This document shows, piece by piece, positions 55,001 through 63,838 of a stretch of 64,000 bases of DNA (within the stretch, counting starts at the first letter, position 1; each line of letters opens with the position of its first letter). The stretch lies in assembly GCA_965367725.1 (NCBI GenBank), contig CBDUKE010000002.1, positions 7,091 through 71,090 on the forward strand. The letters are read 5' to 3'. The notes beneath the pieces were generated by a model. It saw only the letters and a list, made by a program, of their open reading frames with translations. It ran no database searches and had not been told where the DNA came from. The DNA comes from an uncultured Maribacter sp. (GTDB lineage: Bacteria; Bacteroidota; Bacteroidia; Flavobacteriales; Flavobacteriaceae). A program made the translations under genes and the position numbers.

Positions 55001-55134
55001 TATCCGGATTACATTCCTATGCCACGGGGGATCCAATACCTATTCCAAATTGGGTGTATATCGTAGTAGTTTCCATCATTGGTATAAGCGTGATAGCTTA
55101 CTTTAAAAAGCGGAAATATCCAGGTATTTCGTAG
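52018..55134 (+). CDS. ccsBA: Fused system II cytochrome c synthase CcsBA (ResB-like + CcsA)
   Basis: N-terminal ResB-like region. The C-terminal CcsA has the Trp-rich heme-handling motif [21 protein letters not shown]. I prefer ATG 52018 over the TTG at 51994. Confidence 0.85.
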   Translation: [1038 protein letters not shown]

Positions 55135-55151
55135 ATTTCATTTGTAGTTAA

Positions 55152-56390
55152 CTACGATGGTTGTTCTTCTAGAAAAAATACGCCCTGTTCTGCGATAGTG
55201 TTTTCCATTTCTTTAGTTGATATGGGTCTAAGCGTCTTTTTTCTTAACTTTCTTACGACCCTATCCGTTACGGTTTTTACATGCTGCTTATTCAATTCTT
55301 GCGAATTATCGTCAAAATATTGAACCACTTTTTGGTTGACTATTATTTTATATTCAGCTAAAAACGCACGTAAAGGCGCTTCTTGCAGCCATTCTGTATA
55401 GGTTGTAAGTTCTTCGGTTAGTATACCGGTTACCTCACCAATAGCTGCGAATCTTTTTTCTTTGGTTTCTTCCAAGTCTACGGAAATAGTATCTAAATCA
55501 TAGAATACTATATGCTCATTTTGGGCCAAGGATTTTTCAATGTTGCATGGCATAGCCAAATCAATCAATAAGACCTTATTACTATTTTGAGGGACTTGCT
55601 TAACCAGTTGTGGACAATTACTTGCCGCACTTATTATGACATCAAATCCCTTAAAATCATTATCCAATACCCGTTGCCACTTATAGGTTTTACATTCATG
55701 GGTATTAGCCAATGCTATAGCTTTGTCCTCGGTACGATTACAGACATAAATGTTTCGAAAATTAAATTTTGTATTGTATTTAAATAACTGTTTTACAATA
55801 TCCCCGGCCCCAATAAACAGTATTTTCTTGGTCTTTAAAGAAGCTTTATCAAAGGTATCACTGATAACTTTCAATGACTTGTAGGCCACCGATGTAGTAC
55901 CATCCCTAAAATGGGTTTCGTTACTGATACGTTTATGACTCTTAAAAACGGTCTGCATCGCACGTTCCAACAAGGACCCCTGTAATTGATGTGCAATTGA
56001 AAATTGATATGATTTCTTAATTTGATGAACTATCTCTGCATCACCAAGTACCGAAGAAACCAAACCCGAAGTAACTTTTAAAAGATGTCTTACGGTTTCT
56101 TCGGTTTCATTACCAAAACTGAACAACTGTTTATTTTCGGCACTACTTTTCCTTGCTTTTAAATCAATTAGAAAATTTCGTACGACCTGTGCAGAAGTGG
56201 TCTCCGATTCAAAATATATTTCTGTCCGGTTGCAGGTGACCAATAGCAATAGTCCCGATATATCGGTAAATACAGGGCAGATACGTGCTACCAAATCACT
56301 TTTTTCTTCTTCTGGGATATGGTATATCTCCCTTTGGGTAACAGAAGCTGTATGGTGTGAAATACTTATAAACCGTAATGATTTGTTCAT
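55152..56390 (-). CDS. hemA: Glutamyl-tRNA reductase
   Basis: Catalytic-Cys motif TCNRTEIY, GDAEIVHQIK and the NADPH fold GAGDIVKQL. 412 aa. Confidence 0.9.
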   Translation of the reverse strand: MNKSLRFISISHHTASVTQREIYHIPEEEKSDLVARICPVFTDISGLLLLVTCNRTEIYFESETTSAQVVRNFLIDLKARKSSAENKQLFSFGNETEETVRHLLKVTSGLVSSVLGDAEIVHQIKKSYQFSIAHQLQGSLLERAMQTVFKSHKRISNETHFRDGTTSVAYKSLKVISDTFDKASLKTKKILFIGAGDIVKQLFKYNTKFNFRNIYVCNRTEDKAIALANTHECKTYKWQRVLDNDFKGFDVIISAASNCPQLVKQVPQNSNKVLLIDLAMPCNIEKSLAQNEHIVFYDLDTISVDLEETKEKRFAAIGEVTGILTEELTTYTEWLQEAPLRAFLAEYKIIVNQKVVQYFDDNSQELNKQHVKTVTDRVVRKLRKKTLRPISTKEMENTIAEQGVFFLEEQPS

Positions 56391-56486
56391 TCTACGCGAT
56401 TATTTATTTGGCTATAATAATAACAGTAAATAAAAATTATTACTAGAATACCTTTCTTAAAAAAGATTTCTTGGGATTACCGTTCC

Positions 56487-56885
56487 CTATTCCTTTAAAG
56501 TACGTACATAATTAACTACCAACCACATATCTTCTACTTCTGGAATCTTTTTTTCGTAATTTGGCATATCGTCCCTTCCTATATAACTCTTATAGAAAAT
56601 TGCTCCATCAGATTGTGCCTGAAATTTGGCGGTAGAGAAATCACCCAAATCTCCTTCTACTTCATCAGCTTTGGTTCCATCACCATAACCTTCTTTTCCA
56701 TGACAGGATTTACAATGCTTGTTGTAGAGCGATTTTCCTATGTCCAAGTCAACAGTAGGATCTGTCGGATTTTTCATTTTTTCATATTTTTCAGGGACTT
56801 TCCATTCTTCTTGCACCATAGAGGTAAAGGAATACAAAGCAAATGATACGATTCCGATAAGTAATAAAGTCTTAAATGTTTTCAT
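56487..56885 (-). CDS. Secreted monoheme class I c-type cytochrome
   Basis: Signal peptide, CKSCHGKEG heme motif and a downstream Met (DDMPNY). Confidence 0.8.
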   Translation of the reverse strand: MKTFKTLLLIGIVSFALYSFTSMVQEEWKVPEKYEKMKNPTDPTVDLDIGKSLYNKHCKSCHGKEGYGDGTKADEVEGDLGDFSTAKFQAQSDGAIFYKSYIGRDDMPNYEKKIPEVEDMWLVVNYVRTLKE

Positions 56886-56959
56886 AAGTTTAATATATAT
56901 TGATTTTAATTCTTTCTTTTCAAAAATAGTGCCGAATTGGCTTTTTTTTTTAAAAGGTT

Positions 56960-57862
56960 TTAATCACTCTCTGTTTTTATGGCTAATTCTGTTCCTTCTT
57001 TTCTAATCTTGAATAAGTTGATGATTGTGTATACATAATTTGCCCAAACACCTACCAATAAGATGGTTAATACGGCATACATCCAAATTGGTGCCGCTTC
57101 GGACCACAACGTATTATTTTCAACCTTAATTTGTTTGTTGAAAACACCCCAATTTACTATTTTCTTTTGAATTACATTTCCAAATTCATCGTGGTCCTCG
57201 ATACTTGTATAAACGACAAGGTCACCATTAATATCCCCAGGGATGTCTGTTGGCATTTCAAACTCATAAACACCATTTTCGATGGTGCCTTCATTAACGT
57301 TCATTTTAGAAAGCATGCCGCCTACTGAAATGAAAACATCGGCCTCTTCCAAAGGTATTTTCACACCCAAACTATCAAGGGTGTATGCCTTTACTACGGC
57401 GGTTTTAACACTATCTTTTTCGATTAAGTTTAATTCTAAATTCAGATCTTGAACACTGATTTCCTCTTCTTCACCATCCAATCCATCTGAACCTTCAAAA
57501 ATTGCTTTAAAATTTATTTTTCCCTCGCTATCGACCAAGTAATCATGATCCTTGGGAATTGTAATTTGGGCGACTCCATCTTTAGAAGTTTTTGAAACTC
57601 CCAACAGGACTTCCTCATCTTCCCATACATTAAAAAATTTAATCTCTGCCTCATAAACAGGAACCCTGTCTTTTCTATCTTCTTTGTTTGCAGCAATAAA
57701 ACTTGCCTCAAGTATTCTTGTATTATCGGGTTGCTTAATTGTGTTACAGTTAAACCTTATTCGATAATTACTTAAATCAACTTCTTGGGATTGGGCATTT
57801 GTAGCAATGAACAACCCAAATAACACCATTATGACCGTATATCTAAACAAACTAGTTTTCAT
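56960..57862 (-). CDS. Unknown secreted, C-terminally membrane-anchored protein (X1), third gene of FeS-NrfD module 1
   Basis: Signal peptide, beta-rich body and a C-terminal TM helix (PIWMYAVLTILLVGVWANYVYTIINLF). It overlaps the NrfD stop by 4 nt. It is a paralog of 60645-61517 (shared EDEEV.LG...T...G block and the same topology). Confidence 0.55.
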   Translation of the reverse strand: MKTSLFRYTVIMVLFGLFIATNAQSQEVDLSNYRIRFNCNTIKQPDNTRILEASFIAANKEDRKDRVPVYEAEIKFFNVWEDEEVLLGVSKTSKDGVAQITIPKDHDYLVDSEGKINFKAIFEGSDGLDGEEEEISVQDLNLELNLIEKDSVKTAVVKAYTLDSLGVKIPLEEADVFISVGGMLSKMNVNEGTIENGVYEFEMPTDIPGDINGDLVVYTSIEDHDEFGNVIQKKIVNWGVFNKQIKVENNTLWSEAAPIWMYAVLTILLVGVWANYVYTIINLFKIRKEGTELAIKTESD

Positions 57863-59208
57863 TTTTGTTGATTTTGGGTAAGGTGTTTATGACTAATTCT
57901 AACTTTGTGCTCTCTTTCGTAATCAATGATACCTGACATAGGTATAATGGGTACAAGTTTCATGATCAAAATAAAGAACAAAACAAAGGCTGCTAACCCT
58001 GCAAAACTCAATGCCCATTCAACCCAGGTGGCTGTGTAATGTATAAACTCCGGTCGCGTATCCTGGATTGGCAAATAGGGTGTTTCCAGAGTGGGTACCA
58101 CTATTAAATATCTGTTTAACCATAACCCCAAAACGGCAATAACAGCTGCGAAGGTGATGGATTTTATAGTTCTGAATTTTTTAAAGAATATAATGACTAT
58201 GGGCACTAATACACCAATGTAATTTGCAAAAATAAATTCCCAAAAATACCGGGTAAAAAGGGTATCCAACAGATTTATATCATGAATCTTATGGCTAAAC
58301 CACCTAGAAAAATATTCACTAAATGTAAAGTAGCCGAACAACAATGAAATAACCAAAAGAATAACCCCCGCACCTATAAAATGTACTTTGCGAATGTAAT
58401 GGTCCAACTTTAAATATTTTCGAATAAGGAACATGGCGATAATGATCACACTAATGCCAGAGTACAGGCCTGCGACAATAAAATAAGGTGCAAAAATAGT
58501 ACTGTTCCATCCGGGTTGTAGCGTTAAACTGAATATCCAGGCCAAAACGGTATAAGCAACAATAGCCAAAGCAATGATCATGGCAGACATAGTTCGGGTT
58601 ATTTTATGTAACCTTACGCGTTGGGTGGGGGTGTCCTGATAACCAATAGCCAAAGTTTTGTATAGTTTCTGCCTCCAATTAGGTGCATCTTCACTATTAT
58701 CGCGAAGCATTGCAAAATCAGGGATAAATGTTAGATAGAGGTAAATAAAACAGCCTATCAAATCTGTGATAATGGCGATAATATCCCAAGTAATCGGTGA
58801 TTGTATCCTAGGGTAAATAAACAGATAATGTAACCTATCCAACCTGCCGATACATAACAAAATAAATATAGGACCTACAATCAAGGATAGTACGGTAATT
58901 ATTTCAACGATTCTGGAAACTGAATTCTTCCAGGGTGTTTTAAAGAAGTGTAATATTCCTGAAATGAATGCCCCAGAATAGCTTAAACAAACAAAGAAAA
59001 TAAAATTAATAATGTAAATACCCCAGACCACATTGTCACGCATTCCAGTAACTTCATGTCCTTTTACAACTTGAAGCACAAATGCGACCAAACCCAATAA
59101 AACAAATCCCAATAAAATTCCAATCCATATTTTTGACCATTTGCTCGATTTTAGCAACATTGGTAAAAATTCTTTGACTAACTCCCTTTTCCTAACATCT
59201 ATATCCAT
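57859..59208 (-). CDS. NrfD/PsrC family quinone-interacting membrane subunit (module 1)
   Basis: 449 aa polytopic membrane protein with an NrfD-like helix pattern, adjacent to an NrfC-like FeS protein. Confidence 0.75.
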   Translation of the reverse strand: MDIDVRKRELVKEFLPMLLKSSKWSKIWIGILLGFVLLGLVAFVLQVVKGHEVTGMRDNVVWGIYIINFIFFVCLSYSGAFISGILHFFKTPWKNSVSRIVEIITVLSLIVGPIFILLCIGRLDRLHYLFIYPRIQSPITWDIIAIITDLIGCFIYLYLTFIPDFAMLRDNSEDAPNWRQKLYKTLAIGYQDTPTQRVRLHKITRTMSAMIIALAIVAYTVLAWIFSLTLQPGWNSTIFAPYFIVAGLYSGISVIIIAMFLIRKYLKLDHYIRKVHFIGAGVILLVISLLFGYFTFSEYFSRWFSHKIHDINLLDTLFTRYFWEFIFANYIGVLVPIVIIFFKKFRTIKSITFAAVIAVLGLWLNRYLIVVPTLETPYLPIQDTRPEFIHYTATWVEWALSFAGLAAFVLFFILIMKLVPIIPMSGIIDYEREHKVRISHKHLTQNQQK

Positions 59209-59217
59209 AGTAAAGAG

Positions 59218-60210
59218 TTATTTAGTTTGAATTTTACCCTTTGCTTTAAGGTCTTGAACATAAGGCACATCTTTATAGCGTTCAATAATTTCCTCATCAA
59301 CATCAAAACCGCGTTCCAACGGGAATTGTCGGTTAACTGCAGGCAGATAGTATACATTGGGTTTTGTGCCCAGATGCTCTAAGTGTCTGTAACCTCCCCT
59401 GTCATTGATCAATTCTGAGAACCGGACAGTTTCTTCGCCGTTCGTTACCATATCCTCATTCTTATCACCGAAGTAAATTACACCCATGGGGCATGCTGTT
59501 GCACAATGAGGCAACTTGCCTTGGCGAAGCATGTCTGGACAAAAATCACATTTCATTACAGTACCTTCTGCAGCCGGGACACTGGTTTCAGGAGAATAGG
59601 GTTGGTCCGTATCATCAAACTTGGCTTTGTGACTCCAATTGAACTGACGAGCCGAATAAGGGCAACTTGTAATACAGAATTTACATCCTATGCAGCGGTC
59701 ATTATCAATTAGAACGATGCCGTCATCGCGCTTAAAAGTAGCCCCTGTGGGGCAAACCGTTACACATGGTGGTTCGTCACAATGAAAACAAGGTTTAGGA
59801 AACCAGTAAGGGGAAGTTTCTTCATTGTTCTGAATAAGCTGCACTTTCATAAACTCTTCATGGTAGTCGAGATTATGTGCTTTTTGACAACTTTCAACAC
59901 AATTTCTGGCATTTTTACATTTGGCCAAGTCAATGACCATCACAAATTTTCTGTTAGGAATTCCCTCTCTTGATTCAGCCGGCGTTATATGTGCTTCGGG
60001 ATACTTATTAATACTTTCAGCATCTACCTCGACCATTTTACCATCAGAGGTCAGTACACGAATTTTTTCGCCAGAGGCTTTTAGTTCTTCGGGGGATGAC
60101 AAATTTGAAAGAAACGAAGCGCTTGCAACTGTAGTCACACCTGATAATAATCCTAGCTTTAAGAATTTACGCCTATTGGTGCTATCATTTTGTGTTTTAT
60201 CGTTCGCCAT
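59218..60210 (-). CDS. Tat-exported 4Fe-4S ferredoxin-type subunit (NrfC/PsrB/HybA-like, module 1)
   Basis: Twin-arginine signal (NRRKFLKLGLLSG). Cluster motifs CKNARNCVESC (3 Cys), CFHCDEPPCVTVCP, CIGCKFCITSCP and CDFC...CATACP. Confidence 0.8.
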   Translation of the reverse strand: MANDKTQNDSTNRRKFLKLGLLSGVTTVASASFLSNLSSPEELKASGEKIRVLTSDGKMVEVDAESINKYPEAHITPAESREGIPNRKFVMVIDLAKCKNARNCVESCQKAHNLDYHEEFMKVQLIQNNEETSPYWFPKPCFHCDEPPCVTVCPTGATFKRDDGIVLIDNDRCIGCKFCITSCPYSARQFNWSHKAKFDDTDQPYSPETSVPAAEGTVMKCDFCPDMLRQGKLPHCATACPMGVIYFGDKNEDMVTNGEETVRFSELINDRGGYRHLEHLGTKPNVYYLPAVNRQFPLERGFDVDEEIIERYKDVPYVQDLKAKGKIQTK

Positions 60211-60282
60211 AATTCTAAGAATACATATATAATTATATGTTAATTTGAAAGTCTAAAATTAGGTTTTACTATTACTTTTAAA

Positions 60283-60298
60283 TATGACAATTATCATA
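60283..60298. promoter_or_regulatory. Second palindrome type TATGACAATTATCATA, promoter-proximal to FeS-NrfD module 1
   Basis: It matches 38789-38804 at 14 of 16 positions. It has the same relative position, between the GTAAC site and the operon start. Confidence 0.4.
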
Positions 60299-60301
60299 TT
60301 T

Positions 60302-60317
60302 GGTAACATATGTTACA
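60302..60317. promoter_or_regulatory. Palindromic operator GGTAACATATGTTACA (site 6)
   Basis: The GTAAC-N4-GTTAC core is perfect. It lies 92 bp upstream of the FeS subunit ATG (60210). Confidence 0.55.
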
Positions 60318-60644
60318 TAAGCTCAAATCTGTTCTTTTATCCTTCGGAATCTTGGGGATTTTCAGAAACAAACCATATCAAAATTGGCATTTATTCGTAA
60401 AGTTTGCGCTCCAATTTTTAATTTGTATTTTGTTGAAAGATTATGAAAATCAGAGGTTTCCAGAGTTTTATTCCCTAAAGGTTTTCAAACTTAGGAATCT
60501 TGTTGCTTATGTTGAATCTGCAATTTCAACTAAACCTTAATTTAGTAACAGGGTTACCAGTTTTTCTATTATAATGCAAAAATAGCGAACAAATTATTCG
60601 ATATTTTTATCTCGGCATATTTAAAATTATAACTTCTTGGAATG

Positions 60645-61517
60645 CTAAAATTTTGCTATTTTAAATAAATTCAGTGTTAAATAAATAATAAAAACCCATA
60701 TACCAAATATTATTAAATTTGGCAATATAAGCAGGAATAAAGGTGTTTTATTTCTTGGCGACCACATGGTTCGTTGATCAAAAGTTGATTCATCAACTAT
60801 TGGCGTTCCAATAGGAGCATTAACCAAAGCTTTTACAGTCCCATATTTATCACTATCATTTAAAACCACTTCAAAAGTCAAGTTACCATCGACCCCAGGT
60901 ATTTCTTCTTCGATAGGTACGGTTATAGATCCATTTTCATCGGTATAATTAAATTCCTCACCAATTCTTAGGGGCATAAACAACCGCTGTACCAGTACAT
61001 CCAATGATTCTCCAATAATTGGACTGCCTGTACCAGCATCAATCAGGGTTGCTGTCATATAATTAATACTGTCCTTAGTGACTAGATTGGCTTTAATATT
61101 CGCATTTTTGAAACTAATTTTTTTTGAAGCTCTCTTATAGGAGTCGTTACCCTTAAACGAAACACCTAGATTATAGGTATTCGTTGAGTCAGGTTGAATA
61201 GTGCTCAAATTTTTGAATACAAATCTACTTTCACCTTTTATATCAGTAGTTGTATTTCCCAATATAACTTCCTCGTCTTCAAATCCATAATAAACGGAAA
61301 TAGGAATATCTGAAACCCCGATATTCCGTTTTTCTATTTTTGCAGTAGCTTTAATTTTCAAATAAATGTCACCTTCCATTATTTTAACATAATCAGCTCC
61401 TAATCTAATTCTGTTTTTTTCAGTTTCCTGTGCGTACAAATTCTGAAAACCTATTGTAAATAGTAACAAACCCAGGAATCCAAGTAAAATCATGCGAAAT
61501 TTTATTCTATTTTTCAT
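60645..61517 (-). CDS. Unknown secreted, C-terminally membrane-anchored protein (X2), third gene of FeS-NrfD module 2
   Basis: Paralog of X1 with a signal peptide, beta-rich body and C-terminal TM (PLFLLILPNLIIFGIWVFIIYLTLNLF). It overlaps the NrfD stop by 4 nt. Confidence 0.55.
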   Translation of the reverse strand: MKNRIKFRMILLGFLGLLLFTIGFQNLYAQETEKNRIRLGADYVKIMEGDIYLKIKATAKIEKRNIGVSDIPISVYYGFEDEEVILGNTTTDIKGESRFVFKNLSTIQPDSTNTYNLGVSFKGNDSYKRASKKISFKNANIKANLVTKDSINYMTATLIDAGTGSPIIGESLDVLVQRLFMPLRIGEEFNYTDENGSITVPIEEEIPGVDGNLTFEVVLNDSDKYGTVKALVNAPIGTPIVDESTFDQRTMWSPRNKTPLFLLILPNLIIFGIWVFIIYLTLNLFKIAKF

Positions 61518-62836
61518 GATTCGTTGATTTTATTCGTTACCAATATCTCTTGTTCATCGGCTGTTCTTTGAATGGGGATCACCGGTAAATAGCGCACCAA
61601 TATGGTAATTATCAGTAAAGCCATTGTTAATGTCGCAACAGTAATCAACCATTCATGCATACTTGGAAAATAATGACGCCAAGATTCCGGCACCCCTTGA
61701 ATTGGCAAAAATGGATGTAAAAGGGTTGGGGTAACAATTAAATAACGTTTCCACCAAGAGCCAACAACCACTAGTAAACCAATCCAAAACATTGGCAATG
61801 GTTTTCTTCCTTTTTTAAATAACAAAACCAAAATCGGCACAATTAAGCCCCCAATTATTACAAACCAAAATAAGGGCGCATACTCCCCTGAAACCAGGAC
61901 ATTCATATGTGTAATTTCTTCCTTTTTAGAAGTAAATTCGGGCATTAAATATTCATTAATATTAAAGTACAGGTAAATTAAGCAGGTCAACACTAAAAAT
62001 TTACCAAGTTTATCGAAATGATAGTCAGTTATATATTTCTCTAATTTATAAGCTCTTCGGATAACATATACAACCGTAACAAGCGCTCCAACACCTGCAA
62101 CAGAAGCACCTGAAATAAAGTAGGCGCCCATATTGGTGCTATCCCACCCAACTCTGAATAATGTTGAAAATAACCACGCATCAATTGTTTGCAGCATAAA
62201 ACCAGCAGGAATAGTTAAAATGGCAATTATTTGAATTGATTTAAGTTGAATTTTCTTTTGGGCATCATTCCCTGTCCAGTTCAATGAAAGTTTACCATAC
62301 CATTTACTTAATTTCGGTTTGGATTTATTAAAATGTTTCTTAAGTATAGCTAAATCTGGGAGTAGTGGGAAATACAATAATAATAGACTAATTACAATAT
62401 AAGTAGGTATTATAATGACATCCCAAATAATAGGTGATTGCATTCTACCATGAATAAATAAATACAATAATCTATCCGGTCTTCCCATATCGATCATAAT
62501 GGTGATACCAGCCATAATTATTGATGCCAAAGAAATTATTTCAGCAATTCTCACAATAGGTGTTCTCCAGGAATTGTTGGTTAGTCTTAAAACTGCCACC
62601 GTCACGGTGCCAACAAAACTGGTTGCCACAAAAAAAACAAAATTGGAAATATAAATTCCCCACAAAGCATAATCGTTCATATTGGTTACCACTTGTCCCT
62701 GTATTATCTGATCAACATATGCGATAATTCCAATAACACTGAATATTATTAGTGTCCAAGTCCAAATAATACCTGCCTTACCAAATTTTCTTGGTGCTAA
62801 ATCGTTCATTAATTGGTCAGAAACTTTCATGATCAT
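61514..62836 (-). CDS. NrfD/PsrC family quinone-interacting membrane subunit (module 2)
   Basis: 440 aa and colinear with 57859-59208 (for example WGIYI.NF.FF, RY.IV.PTL..P.LPIQ). Confidence 0.75.
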   Translation of the reverse strand: MIMKVSDQLMNDLAPRKFGKAGIIWTWTLIIFSVIGIIAYVDQIIQGQVVTNMNDYALWGIYISNFVFFVATSFVGTVTVAVLRLTNNSWRTPIVRIAEIISLASIIMAGITIMIDMGRPDRLLYLFIHGRMQSPIIWDVIIIPTYIVISLLLLYFPLLPDLAILKKHFNKSKPKLSKWYGKLSLNWTGNDAQKKIQLKSIQIIAILTIPAGFMLQTIDAWLFSTLFRVGWDSTNMGAYFISGASVAGVGALVTVVYVIRRAYKLEKYITDYHFDKLGKFLVLTCLIYLYFNINEYLMPEFTSKKEEITHMNVLVSGEYAPLFWFVIIGGLIVPILVLLFKKGRKPLPMFWIGLLVVVGSWWKRYLIVTPTLLHPFLPIQGVPESWRHYFPSMHEWLITVATLTMALLIITILVRYLPVIPIQRTADEQEILVTNKINES

Positions 62837-63816
62837 TCTGGTTTATCAACTGATTTAAAATCCGTGAAATCTTTCAATCCATCTTCAAAATCAACCAATC
62901 TGTCAACCGGAGGTAAATAAAATACGCTCGGTTTTGTACCTAAACCTTCCATTAACCGATAGCCATGCTTATCTTCTAAAAGTTTACTCAGGCGTACCGA
63001 TTCTTCTCCATTGGTTACGGTATCCTCATATTTATCCCCAAAATAAAAAACGCCATTGGGGCAAGCGGTAACACAGTGGGGTAATATGTTTTCCTTAATT
63101 GTATGTGGACAAAAATCGCACTTATCAACCGTTCCCTTCACGCTTGGCATACCCGTATACTCAATGGAGTTGTGTTCACGATGTTCCATTTCCATATTCA
63201 TGGTAATTTCACTTGTGCCACCATATTCAGGTTCACTCCAATTAAAAACCCTTGTAGAATAAGGGCATGCAGCCATACAGAAACGGCATCCAATACAACG
63301 CTCGTTATCAATCAAAACCAGGCCGTCCCTTCTTTTGAATGTGGCATCGACCGGGCAAACAGTCACACAGGCCGGATGATCACAATGCATACAAGTAGTG
63401 GGCATCCAATAAGGTGCAGTATCTTCATCTTCCTGCATTTTATACACTTTGAGCCATGCATGTTCTCCTGTAATATAGTGGTGTTTATTGCAGGCAACTT
63501 GGCATTTTAAAGCATTTTTACACTTCGCGAGATCTATGACCATGACAAATTTTCTATTTGGCATACCCTCTCGTAAATTGTATTTCTTATCTTGATCTTG
63601 GGAGTGTTTAACTTCAACAACTTCGGATGAATCAACTTGGATCAATGTTCCATCAGTAGTCATCAATTCCATTGTTTCACCTGCACTGATATTCGTTTTT
63701 GCGTGTAATTTAGCAGCAATTTTTGATAGGCCAATGCCACCAATAACTGTAGCAAGGCCCAATTTTACCCCATCATAAAGAAAATAACGCCTAGAATTCT
63801 TATTGTTATCTTCCAT
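62833..63816 (-). CDS. Tat-exported 4Fe-4S ferredoxin-type subunit (module 2)
   Basis: SRRYFLYDG signal. Same four cluster motifs as module 1 (CKNALKCQVAC, CMHCDHPACVTVCP, CIGCRFCMAACP, CDFC...CVTACP). Confidence 0.8.
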   Translation of the reverse strand: MEDNNKNSRRYFLYDGVKLGLATVIGGIGLSKIAAKLHAKTNISAGETMELMTTDGTLIQVDSSEVVEVKHSQDQDKKYNLREGMPNRKFVMVIDLAKCKNALKCQVACNKHHYITGEHAWLKVYKMQEDEDTAPYWMPTTCMHCDHPACVTVCPVDATFKRRDGLVLIDNERCIGCRFCMAACPYSTRVFNWSEPEYGGTSEITMNMEMEHREHNSIEYTGMPSVKGTVDKCDFCPHTIKENILPHCVTACPNGVFYFGDKYEDTVTNGEESVRLSKLLEDKHGYRLMEGLGTKPSVFYLPPVDRLVDFEDGLKDFTDFKSVDKPE

Positions 63817-63838
63817 GATGCATCAGAATTAATTGTTA

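Noticed and set aside
60310-60540. 76-aa plus-strand ORF in the gap between the two FeS-NrfD modules
   Set aside because: Its ATG is the central CATATG of the palindromic operator. It has no family signature and lies on the opposite strand to all neighbours. It is probably a chance ORF in AT-rich DNA.
60545-60557. GTAAC-AGG-GTTAC just downstream of module 2. A similar GTAAT-ATA-GTTAC lies at 40494-40506.
   Set aside because: The spacer is 3 nt rather than 4, so the half-sites would be out of register for the same dimer. It may simply be a small hairpin.
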